Source: an uncultured delta proteobacterium (GTDB lineage Bacteria > Myxococcota > Myxococcia > Myxococcales > Myxococcaceae). From it: DNA of 64,000 bases. The stretch spans positions 2,432,001-2,496,000 of the forward strand of contig CAWCKH010000004.1 in assembly GCA_963796055.1 (NCBI GenBank). Reading direction: 5' to 3'. Under the pieces are notes generated by a model. It worked only from the letters and a program-made list of their open reading frames with translations, was not told the origin of the DNA and did no database searches. Shown here one piece after another: positions 20,461 to 30,128 of the stretch (position 1 is its first letter; every line of letters begins with the position of its first letter). The translations under genes and the position numbers were made by a program.

Positions 20461-21770
20461 GGATGGACTCCTTCCACGGGTTGTCCCGAGGCATGCTCCA
20501 GCTCGGCGCGGGCGAAGCGGGCCTGGAGCGCGCTCCGGAGCAGCAGGGCTCGTGCCGAGGTCAGGCCGGTCTCGGCGTCGAGCAGCTCGGTGAGGGGGAT
20601 GAGGCCCTGGCGGTGGCGGGCCTGACGAAGGGTGCGGGTCTGCTCGGAGGCGGAGACCGCGGTGCGCGCCGCCTCCAGCGCAGCGGCCGACGCGGTCAGC
20701 GAGGCCCGGGCCTGCTGCAGCTCGGCGGCGAGGATCCGGTCCTGCTCGAGGCGGCGGGCCTCGGCGGCCACCCGGGTGGACTCGGCGGCGTCGGCGGCCT
20801 TGAATCCGGCGACCGAGCCGCGCCACCGGAAGATCAGGAAACCCATTCCCCAGGTGGTCCCCTCCGAGAGACTGGCGCGCTCGGTCGCCACGCCGCCCTG
20901 CAACAGCAGGGTTGGCCAGAGCCGCCCGTGCGCCTCGTCCGCCGCGGCGACCTGAGCGTCCACCGCGGCCCGCGCGGCCCGGGCCTCGGGGCGCTCCTGG
21001 ACCTCCGTGCTCACCTCGCCCTCGGGCTGCAGGAGCGGGGTGACGAGCATCCCGGGCGCCGGCTCCTGACCGACGAGGAGCGCGAAGCCGGTCCTGGCCA
21101 GGGCGAGCTGCCGCACCGCCGCCGCCCGCTCGGCCTCGGCCTGGGCGCGGTAGGCCGTGCTCCGGGAGCCCTCGGAGGCGAGGAGCAACTGTTGCGCCAC
21201 CCGGGCGTGGACGAAGACCTCGGTGTCGCGGGCCACCCGGAGCGCATCCTCGGCGTAGACCAGCGCCTCCTCGGCGGCGCGGACCGAGAAGTAGGCGCGC
21301 ACCGTTTCCAGCGCCACCTGCGTCTGCATCACCGCCCGGCCGGCGTCCTCAGCCTCGGCGCCGGCGTGGGCCCTCCGCCGCGCAGCCCAGAGCGCCGGGT
21401 CGATGAGCGGCTGCTCCAGCACCGCGGAGAGGCCGAGGCTGCCGCGGGCCGAGGGCGTGTTCAGCCGCGCCGGGTCGAAGTCGGCCGTGGTCAGCTGGCC
21501 CTGGTCGAGCAGCAACGCGAAGTGGTGCGAGGGCTGCGAGGTGACGGTGCCCTGGGCGCCGAGGACGACGGTGGGGCCGAGGGCCCAGTCTGCGGCCTCG
21601 GCGCTGCGAGAGGCGGAGTTGGCCTGGGCCGAGGATGCCTGCAGACGGGCATCGTGGGTCCAGGCGGTACGGATGGCCTCGGTGATGGTCATCTCGGGCG
21701 CCGCGAGGACGACCGGCGAGCAGAGCAGCCCTGCGAGGAGGAGCCCGGACGCGGGTGTGCGAGGAGTCAT
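20457..21770 (-). CDS. TolC family outer-membrane efflux protein
   Basis: Signal peptide, LEQPLID, RHRQGLIPLTELLDAE; first gene of the tripartite pump operon. Confidence 0.9.
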   Translation of the reverse strand: MTPRTPASGLLLAGLLCSPVVLAAPEMTITEAIRTAWTHDARLQASSAQANSASRSAEAADWALGPTVVLGAQGTVTSQPSHHFALLLDQGQLTTADFDPARLNTPSARGSLGLSAVLEQPLIDPALWAARRRAHAGAEAEDAGRAVMQTQVALETVRAYFSVRAAEEALVYAEDALRVARDTEVFVHARVAQQLLLASEGSRSTAYRAQAEAERAAAVRQLALARTGFALLVGQEPAPGMLVTPLLQPEGEVSTEVQERPEARAARAAVDAQVAAADEAHGRLWPTLLLQGGVATERASLSEGTTWGMGFLIFRWRGSVAGFKAADAAESTRVAAEARRLEQDRILAAELQQARASLTASAAALEAARTAVSASEQTRTLRQARHRQGLIPLTELLDAETGLTSARALLLRSALQARFARAELEHASGQPVEGVHP

Positions 21771-21779
21771 GGACGTGGC

Positions 21780-21809
21780 CTGAGAGCCTCGCCCTCCGCC
21801 GAGCGATTC
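21780..21809 (-). promoter_or_regulatory. Putative ECF promoter, copy 3 (tolC-MFP-RND operon)
   Basis: Minus strand GAATC-gctcggcggagggcga-GGCTCTCAG, ending 9 nt before the tolC ATG. Confidence 0.7.
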
Positions 21810-21899
21810 ACCAGCCTGGCGTGAACCCTCGCTCGCCCCTCCTGGCTCGAAGGACACGGGATGCCCCGGCGTGCCGGACTGTCCGCGAAACGCTCCCCC

Positions 21900-22095
21900 A
21901 GCTTCGCGAGTCCCCGCGCCGGGCGCGGATGCCACCAGGCGTACAGCCACGCGGGGAGGAAGAGCACGGCCTCGGTCAGCAGCACCGAGAGGCCGACAGT
22001 CCGAGCGCCGTCTCCGCGAACGGGCCCGCCCCCGGCCGCGACTCACGCCAGCGCGCCACGACGACGCCCACCGCCACGTGGCCCAGTGTCGCCAT
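21900..22095 (-). pseudogene. Internally deleted YdjM-like membrane metal-dependent hydrolase
   Basis: N-terminus MATLGHVAVG is joined out of frame to a C-terminus-like GLSVLLTEAVLFLPAWLYAWWHPR; the central region is absent. The 3' boundary is approximate. Confidence 0.55.
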
Positions 22096-22883
22096 CAGCT
22101 CCGGGGACCGGCTCCCGAGCCTCCGGAGCCGAGCGCGCGGTGCCGCTGCACGCGCCATTCCAGGAAGCGCGCCAGCAGTCGCGGTGCGGCGCGGTCCACC
22201 AGCCTCAGCGCGCGGGTCCCGGTGTCGACCAGCAGGAGGAAGCTCCGCGAACGCAGGCTGCGCATCACCGTCTCCACCACCGCCCGCTCGTCGGCGAAGG
22301 CGAAGAGCGAGTACAGCGCCGGGTGGTAGGGGAGGTTTCGCACCATCGGAGTGTCGACCGCGGGTGGGCAGAGCACCGAGAGCGTGATCCCCCGTCGCCG
22401 GAGATCGCCCGCGATGGCCTCGCAGAATCCGAGCACCGCGAACTTCGACGCTCCGTACCCGGCGAACTCCGGCAGTCCCTTGAGCCCGGCCACGCTGGCC
22501 ACGCAGACGAGGTGGCTCCCCGGGCGCAGTCGCGACGCCGCCGCCTTCACCACGTGGACCGTCCCCAGGTAGTTGACCTCCATGTCCAGCCGGCACTCTT
22601 CCACCCGGAGCGCGTCGAGGTCGCCGACGTGGCACACGCCCGCGGAGTGGAAGACCAGCGTCGGCGGTCCGCTCAGGGCATCGAACCCGCGAGCGACCTC
22701 GTCGGCCGAGCGCACGTCCACCACCCCCCGGGTCACTCCCGACCGCCCGGCCAGCGCGGACTCGAGCCGGGGAGCATCGAGGTCCCACAGCTCGACCGAC
22801 CAGCCCTCGTCCAGAAGCCTCGCGGCCACTGCGAGCCCGAGCCCCGATGCACCGCCGGTCACCAGAGCCAGCCGCACCGTCAA
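22095..22883 (-). CDS. SDR family NAD(P)-dependent oxidoreductase
   Basis: TGGASGLG, SAG, ASVAG and YGASK motifs. Confidence 0.93.
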   Translation of the reverse strand: MTVRLALVTGGASGLGLAVAARLLDEGWSVELWDLDAPRLESALAGRSGVTRGVVDVRSADEVARGFDALSGPPTLVFHSAGVCHVGDLDALRVEECRLDMEVNYLGTVHVVKAAASRLRPGSHLVCVASVAGLKGLPEFAGYGASKFAVLGFCEAIAGDLRRRGITLSVLCPPAVDTPMVRNLPYHPALYSLFAFADERAVVETVMRSLRSRSFLLLVDTGTRALRLVDRAAPRLLARFLEWRVQRHRALGSGGSGAGPRS

Positions 22884-23335
22884 CCCGCCTCTCCGGCGCG
22901 GGCGAGGCCACGTTCCAGCCGTTCGACCACCCCGAGCAGCGCTCGGCGGTCCACCCGACCCTCGGTCGCCTCCGAGAGCGAGAGGAGCTGCTCGAGCACC
23001 CAGCGGGAGACGAGGAGCAGCGCCGGCCGCTCCCGCTCCAGGATGCCCACCTCCTGATAGCGGCGGTTGCGCATGTAGTCGTCGTAGGCCTCGTGCTCCC
23101 GGCCGAGCTCCCAGCGCACCAGCCGGAGGGCCGCGGGGAAGACCGCGGGAGAGGGGCGCGCAGCGTCGGGCGCGAGGAGATCCACCATCTCGCCGCCGGT
23201 GCGAGCGTCAATCTCCTGGACTGGCAGCGGCCAGCGTCCCAGCTCGTCCAGGAGAAGGCGCGCCGCCTCGTCCGCCAGATGCTGCTCCAGCGGCACCGGC
23301 TTCTGGTCGAGGATGCGGTCCCAGCGGCCGCTCAT
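22880..23335 (-). CDS. Hypothetical protein (151 aa)
   Basis: MSGRWDRILDQKP...; overlapping start/stop with both neighbours and coding-like codon use. Confidence 0.75.
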   Translation of the reverse strand: MSGRWDRILDQKPVPLEQHLADEAARLLLDELGRWPLPVQEIDARTGGEMVDLLAPDAARPSPAVFPAALRLVRWELGREHEAYDDYMRNRRYQEVGILERERPALLLVSRWVLEQLLSLSEATEGRVDRRALLGVVERLERGLARAGEAG

Positions 23336-23514
23336 GAGGCCGCCCCCGACGGCTGCTCGATCTGCACGAGGAACGCAAGGAGCAGCGCGGCGCTCACCAC
23401 CGCGACACCCACCATCGTCACGGCCAGACCGATGCCCTGGCCAATCCCACGCGCCTGCATGACCAGCACCATGCCTCCGATCGCCAGCGACATGAAGGTG
23501 GGGGCCAGGGACAA
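23332..23514 (-). CDS. Small two-TM hypothetical membrane protein
   Basis: 60 aa with two hydrophobic segments; its stop overlaps the next ATG (ATGA). Confidence 0.55.
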   Translation of the reverse strand: MSLAPTFMSLAIGGMVLVMQARGIGQGIGLAVTMVGVAVVSAALLLAFLVQIEQPSGAAS

Positions 23515-23623
23515 CCGAGCGTGACCAGCGCCGCGGCCGGCGTCCAGCCCGGCGAGCCCGTTTCCTGCACGTCACGCGGGGAGCGCTTGCGCCGGTCGCC
23601 CGTGCGATGGGACAGATCGCCCC

Positions 23624-25111
23624 ATGCCCGATGCCCGCAGCCTGAACCCCCGGCTCCCCGAGCCCAAGCTCCTCGTCGACGGCGAGTCCGTCGCCCCCGC
23701 GGAGGGAGGCACCATCCCGATCACCAACCCCGCCACCGGCGAGACGTTCTTCCATGCGCCGGCGGCCGGGGTGTCCGACGTGGACAAGGCCGTCCACGCT
23801 GCCCGCCGCGCCTTCGAGTCCGGGCCCTGGTCGCGGATGAACCCCAGCGCCCGCGGCAAGCTGGTGCGCACGCTGGCCGAGGCGCTCTGGGAGCGGCGAG
23901 AGGAGTTCGCCCTGGTCGGCTCGCTGGAGAACGGGAAGACCTTCCGCGAGGCCATCCGCGGCGACGTTGCCCCGGGGAGCGCCACCCTCGCCTACGCCTC
24001 GGAGTGGTCCAACAAGCTCGCCGGCGAGGTGCTTCCGGTCGACGGGAGCTTCCTCACCTACGTGCTCCGCGAGCCGGTCGGCGTGGTCGCGGCAATCGTC
24101 CCCTGGAACTACCCGACCTGCCTCGCCTGCTGGAAGCTCGGGCCGGCCCTGGCCACCGGCTGCACCGTCATCCTCAAGCCCAGCGAGCTGACCCCCCTCA
24201 CCGCGATGAAGCTCGGCGAGCTGGCGCGCGAGGTGGGCTTTCCGCCGGGCGTGCTCAGCGTGCTCCCGGGCTACGGCGCGCCCACCGGGGAGGCGCTGGC
24301 CCGGCACCCCGGGGTGGACAAGATTGCCTTCACCGGCTCGATCCGGACCGCGCGGCGGCTCCTGCACGCCTCGGCGGACACCAATCTGAAGAAGCTCACC
24401 CTGGAGCTGGGCGGGAAGAGCCCCCAGGTCGTCTTCGCCGACGCCGACATGGGCCGCGCCGTCGAGGCCTGCTTCTGGGGCATCTTCGGGAACAAAGGCG
24501 AGGTCTGCAACGCCGGAAGCCGGGTCCTGGTGCACGCGCGGGCGCACGACGCCTTCGTGGAGACGCTGGTCAGCCGGGCGCGGCAGATGGTGGTCGGCGA
24601 CCCGCTCGATTCCCGGACCGAGATGGGGGCGCAGGTGAGCACCCACCAGCTGGAGAACATCCTCCGCTACATCGACTCGGGAAAGAGCGAGGGCGCGACC
24701 CTGGCCTGCGGGGGGGAGCGGGACGCCGAGGGGGTGAAGGCGAAGGGCAACTTCCTCAAGCCCACCGTCTTCACCGATGTGCAGCCCCACATGCGCATCG
24801 CCCAGGAGGAGATCTTCGGCCCGGTGCTCTCGGTGATGCGCTTCCAGGACGAGGGGCAGGCGCTGAGGATGGCCAACGGGACCAGCTACGGGCTGGCGGC
24901 GAGCATCTGGACCCGCGACGTGGCCCGCGCGCACGCGCTGGCGAAGAGGATCCAGGCCGGGGTGGTGTGGATCAACTGCTTCAACGAGTTCGACGACGCG
25001 GCGCCCTTCGGCGGCTACAAGGAGTCCGGCTGGGGCCGCGACCTGTCCGCGCACGCACTCGAGAACTACACCCAGCTGAAGACGGTCTGGACCCACCTCC
25101 CGGAGGTCTGA
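23624..25111 (+). CDS. Aldehyde dehydrogenase (PuuC-like)
   Basis: PWNYP, FTGS, LELGGKS, GEVCNAG, EEIFGPV and PFGGYKESG motifs. Confidence 0.95.
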   Translation: MPDARSLNPRLPEPKLLVDGESVAPAEGGTIPITNPATGETFFHAPAAGVSDVDKAVHAARRAFESGPWSRMNPSARGKLVRTLAEALWERREEFALVGSLENGKTFREAIRGDVAPGSATLAYASEWSNKLAGEVLPVDGSFLTYVLREPVGVVAAIVPWNYPTCLACWKLGPALATGCTVILKPSELTPLTAMKLGELAREVGFPPGVLSVLPGYGAPTGEALARHPGVDKIAFTGSIRTARRLLHASADTNLKKLTLELGGKSPQVVFADADMGRAVEACFWGIFGNKGEVCNAGSRVLVHARAHDAFVETLVSRARQMVVGDPLDSRTEMGAQVSTHQLENILRYIDSGKSEGATLACGGERDAEGVKAKGNFLKPTVFTDVQPHMRIAQEEIFGPVLSVMRFQDEGQALRMANGTSYGLAASIWTRDVARAHALAKRIQAGVVWINCFNEFDDAAPFGGYKESGWGRDLSAHALENYTQLKTVWTHLPEV

Positions 25112-25115
25112 AGCC

Positions 25116-26537
25116 ATGCCCCGCGCCGGCGCCCGAGTCACTCGAGCCGCTCCCCGCGCCTCGAAGCAGGTGCGCAGCAAGACCGATCCCGTGGAATCCG
25201 CCCTCCGCTGGCTCTCGGACCACGGGGCGACCCAGGTGAAGATCGCCGGGGTCGACCTCGACGGCGTGCTCCGGGGCAAGTACGTCAGCCTGGACAAGTT
25301 CGCCTCCGCAGCCCGGGGCGGGCTCGGGTTCTGCGACGTGGTCTTCGGCTGGGACCTCGCCGACGAGCTGTACGACAATGCCCGGGTCACCGGCTGGCAC
25401 ACCGGGTACCCGGATCTCCAGGCCCGCGTGGACCTCTCCACGGCGCGGATGATCCCCTGGGAGCCAGCCACCGCCGCCTTCCTCCTCGACTTCGTGATGC
25501 CGGACGGGTCGGACTACGCCCCCAGCCCACGGGCGCTGCTCCGGCGGGTGGGCCAGAAGGCCCGGGCGATGGGCTTCCTCCCCAAGTTCGGAAGCGAGTA
25601 CGAATTCTTCATCTTCAAGGAGACCCCGAGCTCGCTCCGGGCCAAGGGGTTCCAGAACCTCGAGACGCTGGACCCGGGGATGTTCGGCTACTCGTGGCTC
25701 CGCACCTCGCAGAGCTCGGACCTGGTCCACGCGATCCTCGATGGCTGCAACGCCTTCGGGCTGGAGGTGGAGGGCTTCCACACCGAGACCGGGCCCGGGG
25801 TGTACGAGACGGCCATCCGCTACGACGTGCTCGAGCCGGCGGCGGACAAGTCGGTGCTCTTCAAGTCCGCGGTGAAGGAGATCTGCGCCCGCCACGGGCT
25901 CACCGCCTGCTTCATGTCCAAGCCGAGCGCGCGGCTGCCGGGGTGCTCGGGGCACGTCCACCAGTCGCTATGGACGCTCGATGGCGCGAGCAACGGTTTC
26001 CACGACCCGCGCGCCGCGGCCGGGATGTCGAGCACCCTGCGTCGCTACCTCGGGGGCCAGCTCAGGCTGATGCCCGAGATGACCGCGCTCTACTGGCCCA
26101 CCATCAACAGCTACAAGCGCAGTGTGGAGAACACCTGGGCCCCGACCTCGGCGACCTGGGGCCGCGAGAACCGCACCTGCGCGCTCCGGGTCATCGGCAC
26201 CGATCCGAAGAGCATGCGGGTGGAGTTCCGTCTGCTCGGCGCGGACATGAACCCCTACGTGGGGATGGCCGCCTCGCTCGCCGCCGGGCTGTGGGGCATC
26301 GAGCACGAGGTCGAGCCGGGGGATCCGGTGACGGGCAACGCCTACCGGAGCGACGCCGCGCCGCTGCCCCGCAACCTGCGCGACGCCATCGCCCTGATGG
26401 ATCGGAGCACCGTCGTCCGGGAGATCCTCGGCGAGGAGTTCGTCGACCACTATCTCCGCACCCGCACCTGGGAGGTCCGGCAGTACGAGCGGGCCGTCAC
26501 CAGCTGGGAGCTGGAGCGCTACTTCGAGCTGGCCTGA
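25116..26537 (+). CDS. Glutamine synthetase-like gamma-glutamyl-amine ligase (PuuA/GlnA4-like)
   Basis: DGVLRGK, EYEFF, HTETGPGVYE, GCSGHVHQSL, INSYKR, WGRENRT and GADMNPY motifs. Confidence 0.9.
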   Translation: MPRAGARVTRAAPRASKQVRSKTDPVESALRWLSDHGATQVKIAGVDLDGVLRGKYVSLDKFASAARGGLGFCDVVFGWDLADELYDNARVTGWHTGYPDLQARVDLSTARMIPWEPATAAFLLDFVMPDGSDYAPSPRALLRRVGQKARAMGFLPKFGSEYEFFIFKETPSSLRAKGFQNLETLDPGMFGYSWLRTSQSSDLVHAILDGCNAFGLEVEGFHTETGPGVYETAIRYDVLEPAADKSVLFKSAVKEICARHGLTACFMSKPSARLPGCSGHVHQSLWTLDGASNGFHDPRAAAGMSSTLRRYLGGQLRLMPEMTALYWPTINSYKRSVENTWAPTSATWGRENRTCALRVIGTDPKSMRVEFRLLGADMNPYVGMAASLAAGLWGIEHEVEPGDPVTGNAYRSDAAPLPRNLRDAIALMDRSTVVREILGEEFVDHYLRTRTWEVRQYERAVTSWELERYFELA

Positions 26538-26540
26538 CCC

Positions 26541-27732
26541 ATGGACAACCCCTTCTTCGACCTGCCCGCCACGCCTCGCATCACCGTGCTCTCCTGGCCC
26601 ACCCGGGTCCTCCTCGGGCCGGGTGCGCTGAAACGGCTGCCGGAGGAGGTGGGCCGGCTCGGGCTGCAGCGCCCGTTGCTGGTGACCGACGCCGGGGTGG
26701 TGAAGGCCGGGCTCGCCGACCGGGTGATGGCGGTGCTCGGCGAGGCAGGGATCGTCCACGTCCTCTTCGAGCGGGTGACGCCCGATCCCACGGAGCGCGA
26801 CGTGTTCGCCGGCCTCGAGGCATACCGGGCGGCCGGCTGCGACGGCATCATCGCGCTGGGCGGCGGCAGTCCCCTGGACGCGGCGAAGCTGGTGCAGCTG
26901 CTCACCAGCCACGCGCCGCCGCTGAGCCAGTACGACGACGCGACCGGCGGAGACCGGTTCGTCACCCATCCGCTTCCGCCCCTCATCGCCATTCCCACCA
27001 CCGCCGGGACCGGCAGCGAGGTGAGCCGGAGCGGCGTGGCCTTCCTCCAGGACACCGGACGGAAGACGGTCATCTTCGCCCCGGCCCTCCTTCCCCGGGC
27101 CGCAATCTGCGACCCCGAGCTGACCTACGGCCTTCCACCGCGTGCCACCGCGGCCACGGGTCTCGACGCCTTCACCCACTGCCTCGAGGCGTACCTGAGC
27201 AACGGCTTTCATCCCCTCGCCGACGCGGTCGCCATCGACGGCATCGGGCGGGTGGCGCGCTCGCTGCCCGTGGTGATGCAGGAGGCCACCCACATGCAAG
27301 GCCGTCTGGACATGATGATCGCCGCCATGGAGGGGGCGATGGCGTTCCAGAAGGGGCTGGGCAACGCCCACGCGCTGGCCCACGCGCTCACTCCGGTCGC
27401 CGGGCTCCACCACGGGCTGGCCAACGCGGTGGTGCTGCCCTCGGTGATGGCCTTCAACCGGGGCGCGGCGCGGGCCAGGCTCGCCCGGGTGGCGGTGGCG
27501 ATGGGAGAGCCCTCCGGGGCGTCGGAGGAGGTGCTCGCCGGGCTGGCCATCGAGCGCGTGCGCGCGCTGGTGGCGGAGGTGGGGTTGCCCACGACGTTGT
27601 CGGCTGCCGGGGGTGAAGGCAGCGGACCTGGAGCGCGTCGCCGCGCTCGCCTTCCGGGACGCCTCACACCAGGGAAACCCCCGGCCGACCACCGAGGTGG
27701 ACCTGCTGGAGATCGCCCGCGCGGCGCTCTGA
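26541..27732 (+). CDS. Iron-containing alcohol dehydrogenase; apparent +1 frameshift at G-run 27609-27613
   Basis: GGGSPLD, IPTTAGTGSE, DAFTH, HALAH and HGLAN motifs. The proper C-terminus AGVKAADLERVAALAFRDASHQGNPR...AAL* is in the shifted frame. Confidence 0.9.
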
Positions 27733-27765
27733 GGGCCAGCCCGTGGATGCTTGGTCGGGTTGCCC

Positions 27766-28275
27766 TCACCCCCCGGGCCGGCTGGTTGCCGCCGGTGCCG
27801 AGGGCCCCGGGACCAGCGTCCCCGGCGTGGGCTCGTTGGTCTCACTGGGGATGAAGTCGATCGTCTCCACGACCACGTTGCCCGGCAATCGGAAGTCGAT
27901 CGGACTGAAGCTCGGGTTCGCCATCTCATTGAGCTGGTTGGCCACGCTGGCCGCCTCGAGCCGCTGGTCCGAGAAGAAGATGTGAATCTTCACCGGGCCC
28001 TCCTCGGCGGGGATCCGGTACGCCTGTCCGAGCACCGGCTCGCCGGCTGGACACTTCACCGAGACGTTGTTCTTGCTCATCGTGAGCTGTCGGACGACGC
28101 CCTTCTCGGAGTGGGTGAGCGCCAGGCAGTACGGCATCTGCCCTTCGCTGGGGACGAGCTGGACGGTGTCCCCGGAGATCCGCCTGAGCTCCACACGGTG
28201 CGCGGGCGCACTGGAGCGGGTACACCCGGCGAGCAGCGCCAGCGCCACCCCGGCCAGGACCTGACGACTGTTCAC
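27766..28275 (-). CDS. Hypothetical lipoprotein
   Basis: LLAGC lipobox; GGGAGAG RBS. Confidence 0.8.
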   Translation of the reverse strand: MNSRQVLAGVALALLAGCTRSSAPAHRVELRRISGDTVQLVPSEGQMPYCLALTHSEKGVVRQLTMSKNNVSVKCPAGEPVLGQAYRIPAEEGPVKIHIFFSDQRLEAASVANQLNEMANPSFSPIDFRLPGNVVVETIDFIPSETNEPTPGTLVPGPSAPAATSRPGG

Positions 28276-28292
28276 GGCTCTCCCCTTTCCCG

Positions 28293-30128
28293 TCAGGGGC
28301 CGCCCTGGCGCGTGGAGCGCCGGTAGACGACCACCTGCGGTGTCTCGTCGAGGTACAGGCCAGTGGCGGGAACCTGGGTCCCGAAGGCCTGCCAGACAAG
28401 GACCTCCTGCTCGCGGAACTCCTGGTGGTACTGGATGGCAGCGAGGTCCGCGTCCTCGGGGCCGCCCACCGGTGTGACGTCCTTTCTCAGCATGTCATTG
28501 CGCTGGTAGTCCCGGAAGGAGAGTCCGTTCACTTCGTGCAGCCACAGCCGCGTCCCCGGCTGGGCGTTGGCGTCGATCCACGGCAGCACGCCGGTGACAT
28601 TGTTGCTCCAGTACTGACGCTGGAGCCCGAGGCTGGCGGCCCCCGGGATGCCACCAGCCAGCTCCCCGTAAGCAGACGTGCCGTAAGGGTGCACATGGAC
28701 GGTGAGCGTGAGCGCAGGGAGAAGCACCACTGTACCGAGCGCCACGCTCGCGCTGATGCCGCGCCGCGGCGCGAGCGCGAGTGCCGAGCTCAGCCCGGCG
28801 GCCGCACGGTCGAACTCCCGGCCGGCGAGCAGCGCGAGGAACGGCATCGAGGGCAGCCAGTGCTTGACCCCGCCGAAGTGCGGCACGTCGGGGAGGCTGA
28901 TGAGGAGGATGGAAAAGAGCGCGTTCACTCCCAGCAGCCACTCCGTCTCGCCGCCGCGACCGAAGCGTCGGCCGAGCACGGGTATCAGATCTCCGAGCGT
29001 CCGCGCGCCGGCACGCAGCAGGCCCACGCCCATCGGAAGGAGCAGCGAGACGGGCAGGGTGAGCGCAGTGACGACGAAGACGTAGGCCAAGGGGAACGGC
29101 GGGGCACGCAGCACCTCGCCGAAGTACGTCCAGGCGTAGTGGACATGCGTCAGCTGGAATTCGAAGTACCAGGCCAGCCGGTCCACCGGGTGGTACCAGA
29201 GGTACGGCCAGTGGACGTAGAAGACGAGCGGACCGAGGAGCCCCATCGCCACCAGCGGCGCGAGTCGGACGAACGCCGCCGCATCACGCCGGCGCAGCTG
29301 CACTGCGAGCCCGGTCAGGGCGACCACCAGCGCCACCATCCCAAACGTCTGGGGTGAGAGCAGCTGCCACGAACGCACCAGGCCATCCCGGCCGTTCACC
29401 GCGAGCAGCAACCCGAGGTAGGCGACGAACGCGAGCGCCACCTGGCCCATGCGCACCAGTATCCGGCGGCCCTCCCCGGCAGCCGCGCGCCAGGAGGCGA
29501 GCACTCCGAAGGGGGTCAGCACCAGCGGGAGGAAGAAGGCGTTGTGCTTGGTGGCGAGGGCCAGACCGAAGGCCAGGCCGGTCCACGGCGCGAGCCGCAC
29601 GTCCTCCTGCGCCCGCCAGAACAGGTAGACCACCAGGACCCACATCGCGGCCACCGGCATGTCGAAGCAGCTGAGGTGGGCATGGAAGAAGTGCCGGGGG
29701 ACCACGAAGAAGCACAGCGCGGCGAACAGCCCGGCCCGGCGGCCCCAGAGCGCCGAACCCCAGGCGTGCAGCAGCGCAGGGATGAGCGCCGCCACCGCGA
29801 ACGCCGGGAGGCGGAAGCCGGCGGCGGGACGGACCCACCCCAGCGTCGAGTGGAAGAGCAGGTGCGACCACCCGAACAGCGACTTCATCAGCATCGGGTG
29901 CTCGTGGTTGAAGTCGAACGCCTGGGTGATGACCGCATCGCTCAGCGCCGTTGCCGGGCGATGGAAGAGCAGGGCCCACCAGCGCGAGAACTGCTCGGCC
30001 GCGGCGAAGTAGACGCTCTCGTCGCGAACGAAGCCCACCGGGCGCTCCGTGGCCCAGAGCACCAAGAAGGTCAGCAGCCCCAGCCCGAGCGCGATGCGCC
30101 GGTCCGTCGGGGTAGGCGCGCGGCTCAC
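28293..30128 (-). CDS. ArnT/PMT-type (GT-C, GT39/GT83-like) membrane glycosyltransferase
   Basis: RDE motif after the first TM, EHPMLMK, FDMP, LALATKHNA and many TM segments. Confidence 0.85.
   Translation of the reverse strand: MSRAPTPTDRRIALGLGLLTFLVLWATERPVGFVRDESVYFAAAEQFSRWWALLFHRPATALSDAVITQAFDFNHEHPMLMKSLFGWSHLLFHSTLGWVRPAAGFRLPAFAVAALIPALLHAWGSALWGRRAGLFAALCFFVVPRHFFHAHLSCFDMPVAAMWVLVVYLFWRAQEDVRLAPWTGLAFGLALATKHNAFFLPLVLTPFGVLASWRAAAGEGRRILVRMGQVALAFVAYLGLLLAVNGRDGLVRSWQLLSPQTFGMVALVVALTGLAVQLRRRDAAAFVRLAPLVAMGLLGPLVFYVHWPYLWYHPVDRLAWYFEFQLTHVHYAWTYFGEVLRAPPFPLAYVFVVTALTLPVSLLLPMGVGLLRAGARTLGDLIPVLGRRFGRGGETEWLLGVNALFSILLISLPDVPHFGGVKHWLPSMPFLALLAGREFDRAAAGLSSALALAPRRGISASVALGTVVLLPALTLTVHVHPYGTSAYGELAGGIPGAASLGLQRQYWSNNVTGVLPWIDANAQPGTRLWLHEVNGLSFRDYQRNDMLRKDVTPVGGPEDADLAAIQYHQEFREQEVLVWQAFGTQVPATGLYLDETPQVVVYRRSTRQGGP

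Noticed and set aside
12170..21809. Mobile element or genomic island boundaries around the redox/efflux module
   Set aside because: I found no integrase, transposase, tRNA or flanking direct repeats, and the composition looks like the host by eye.
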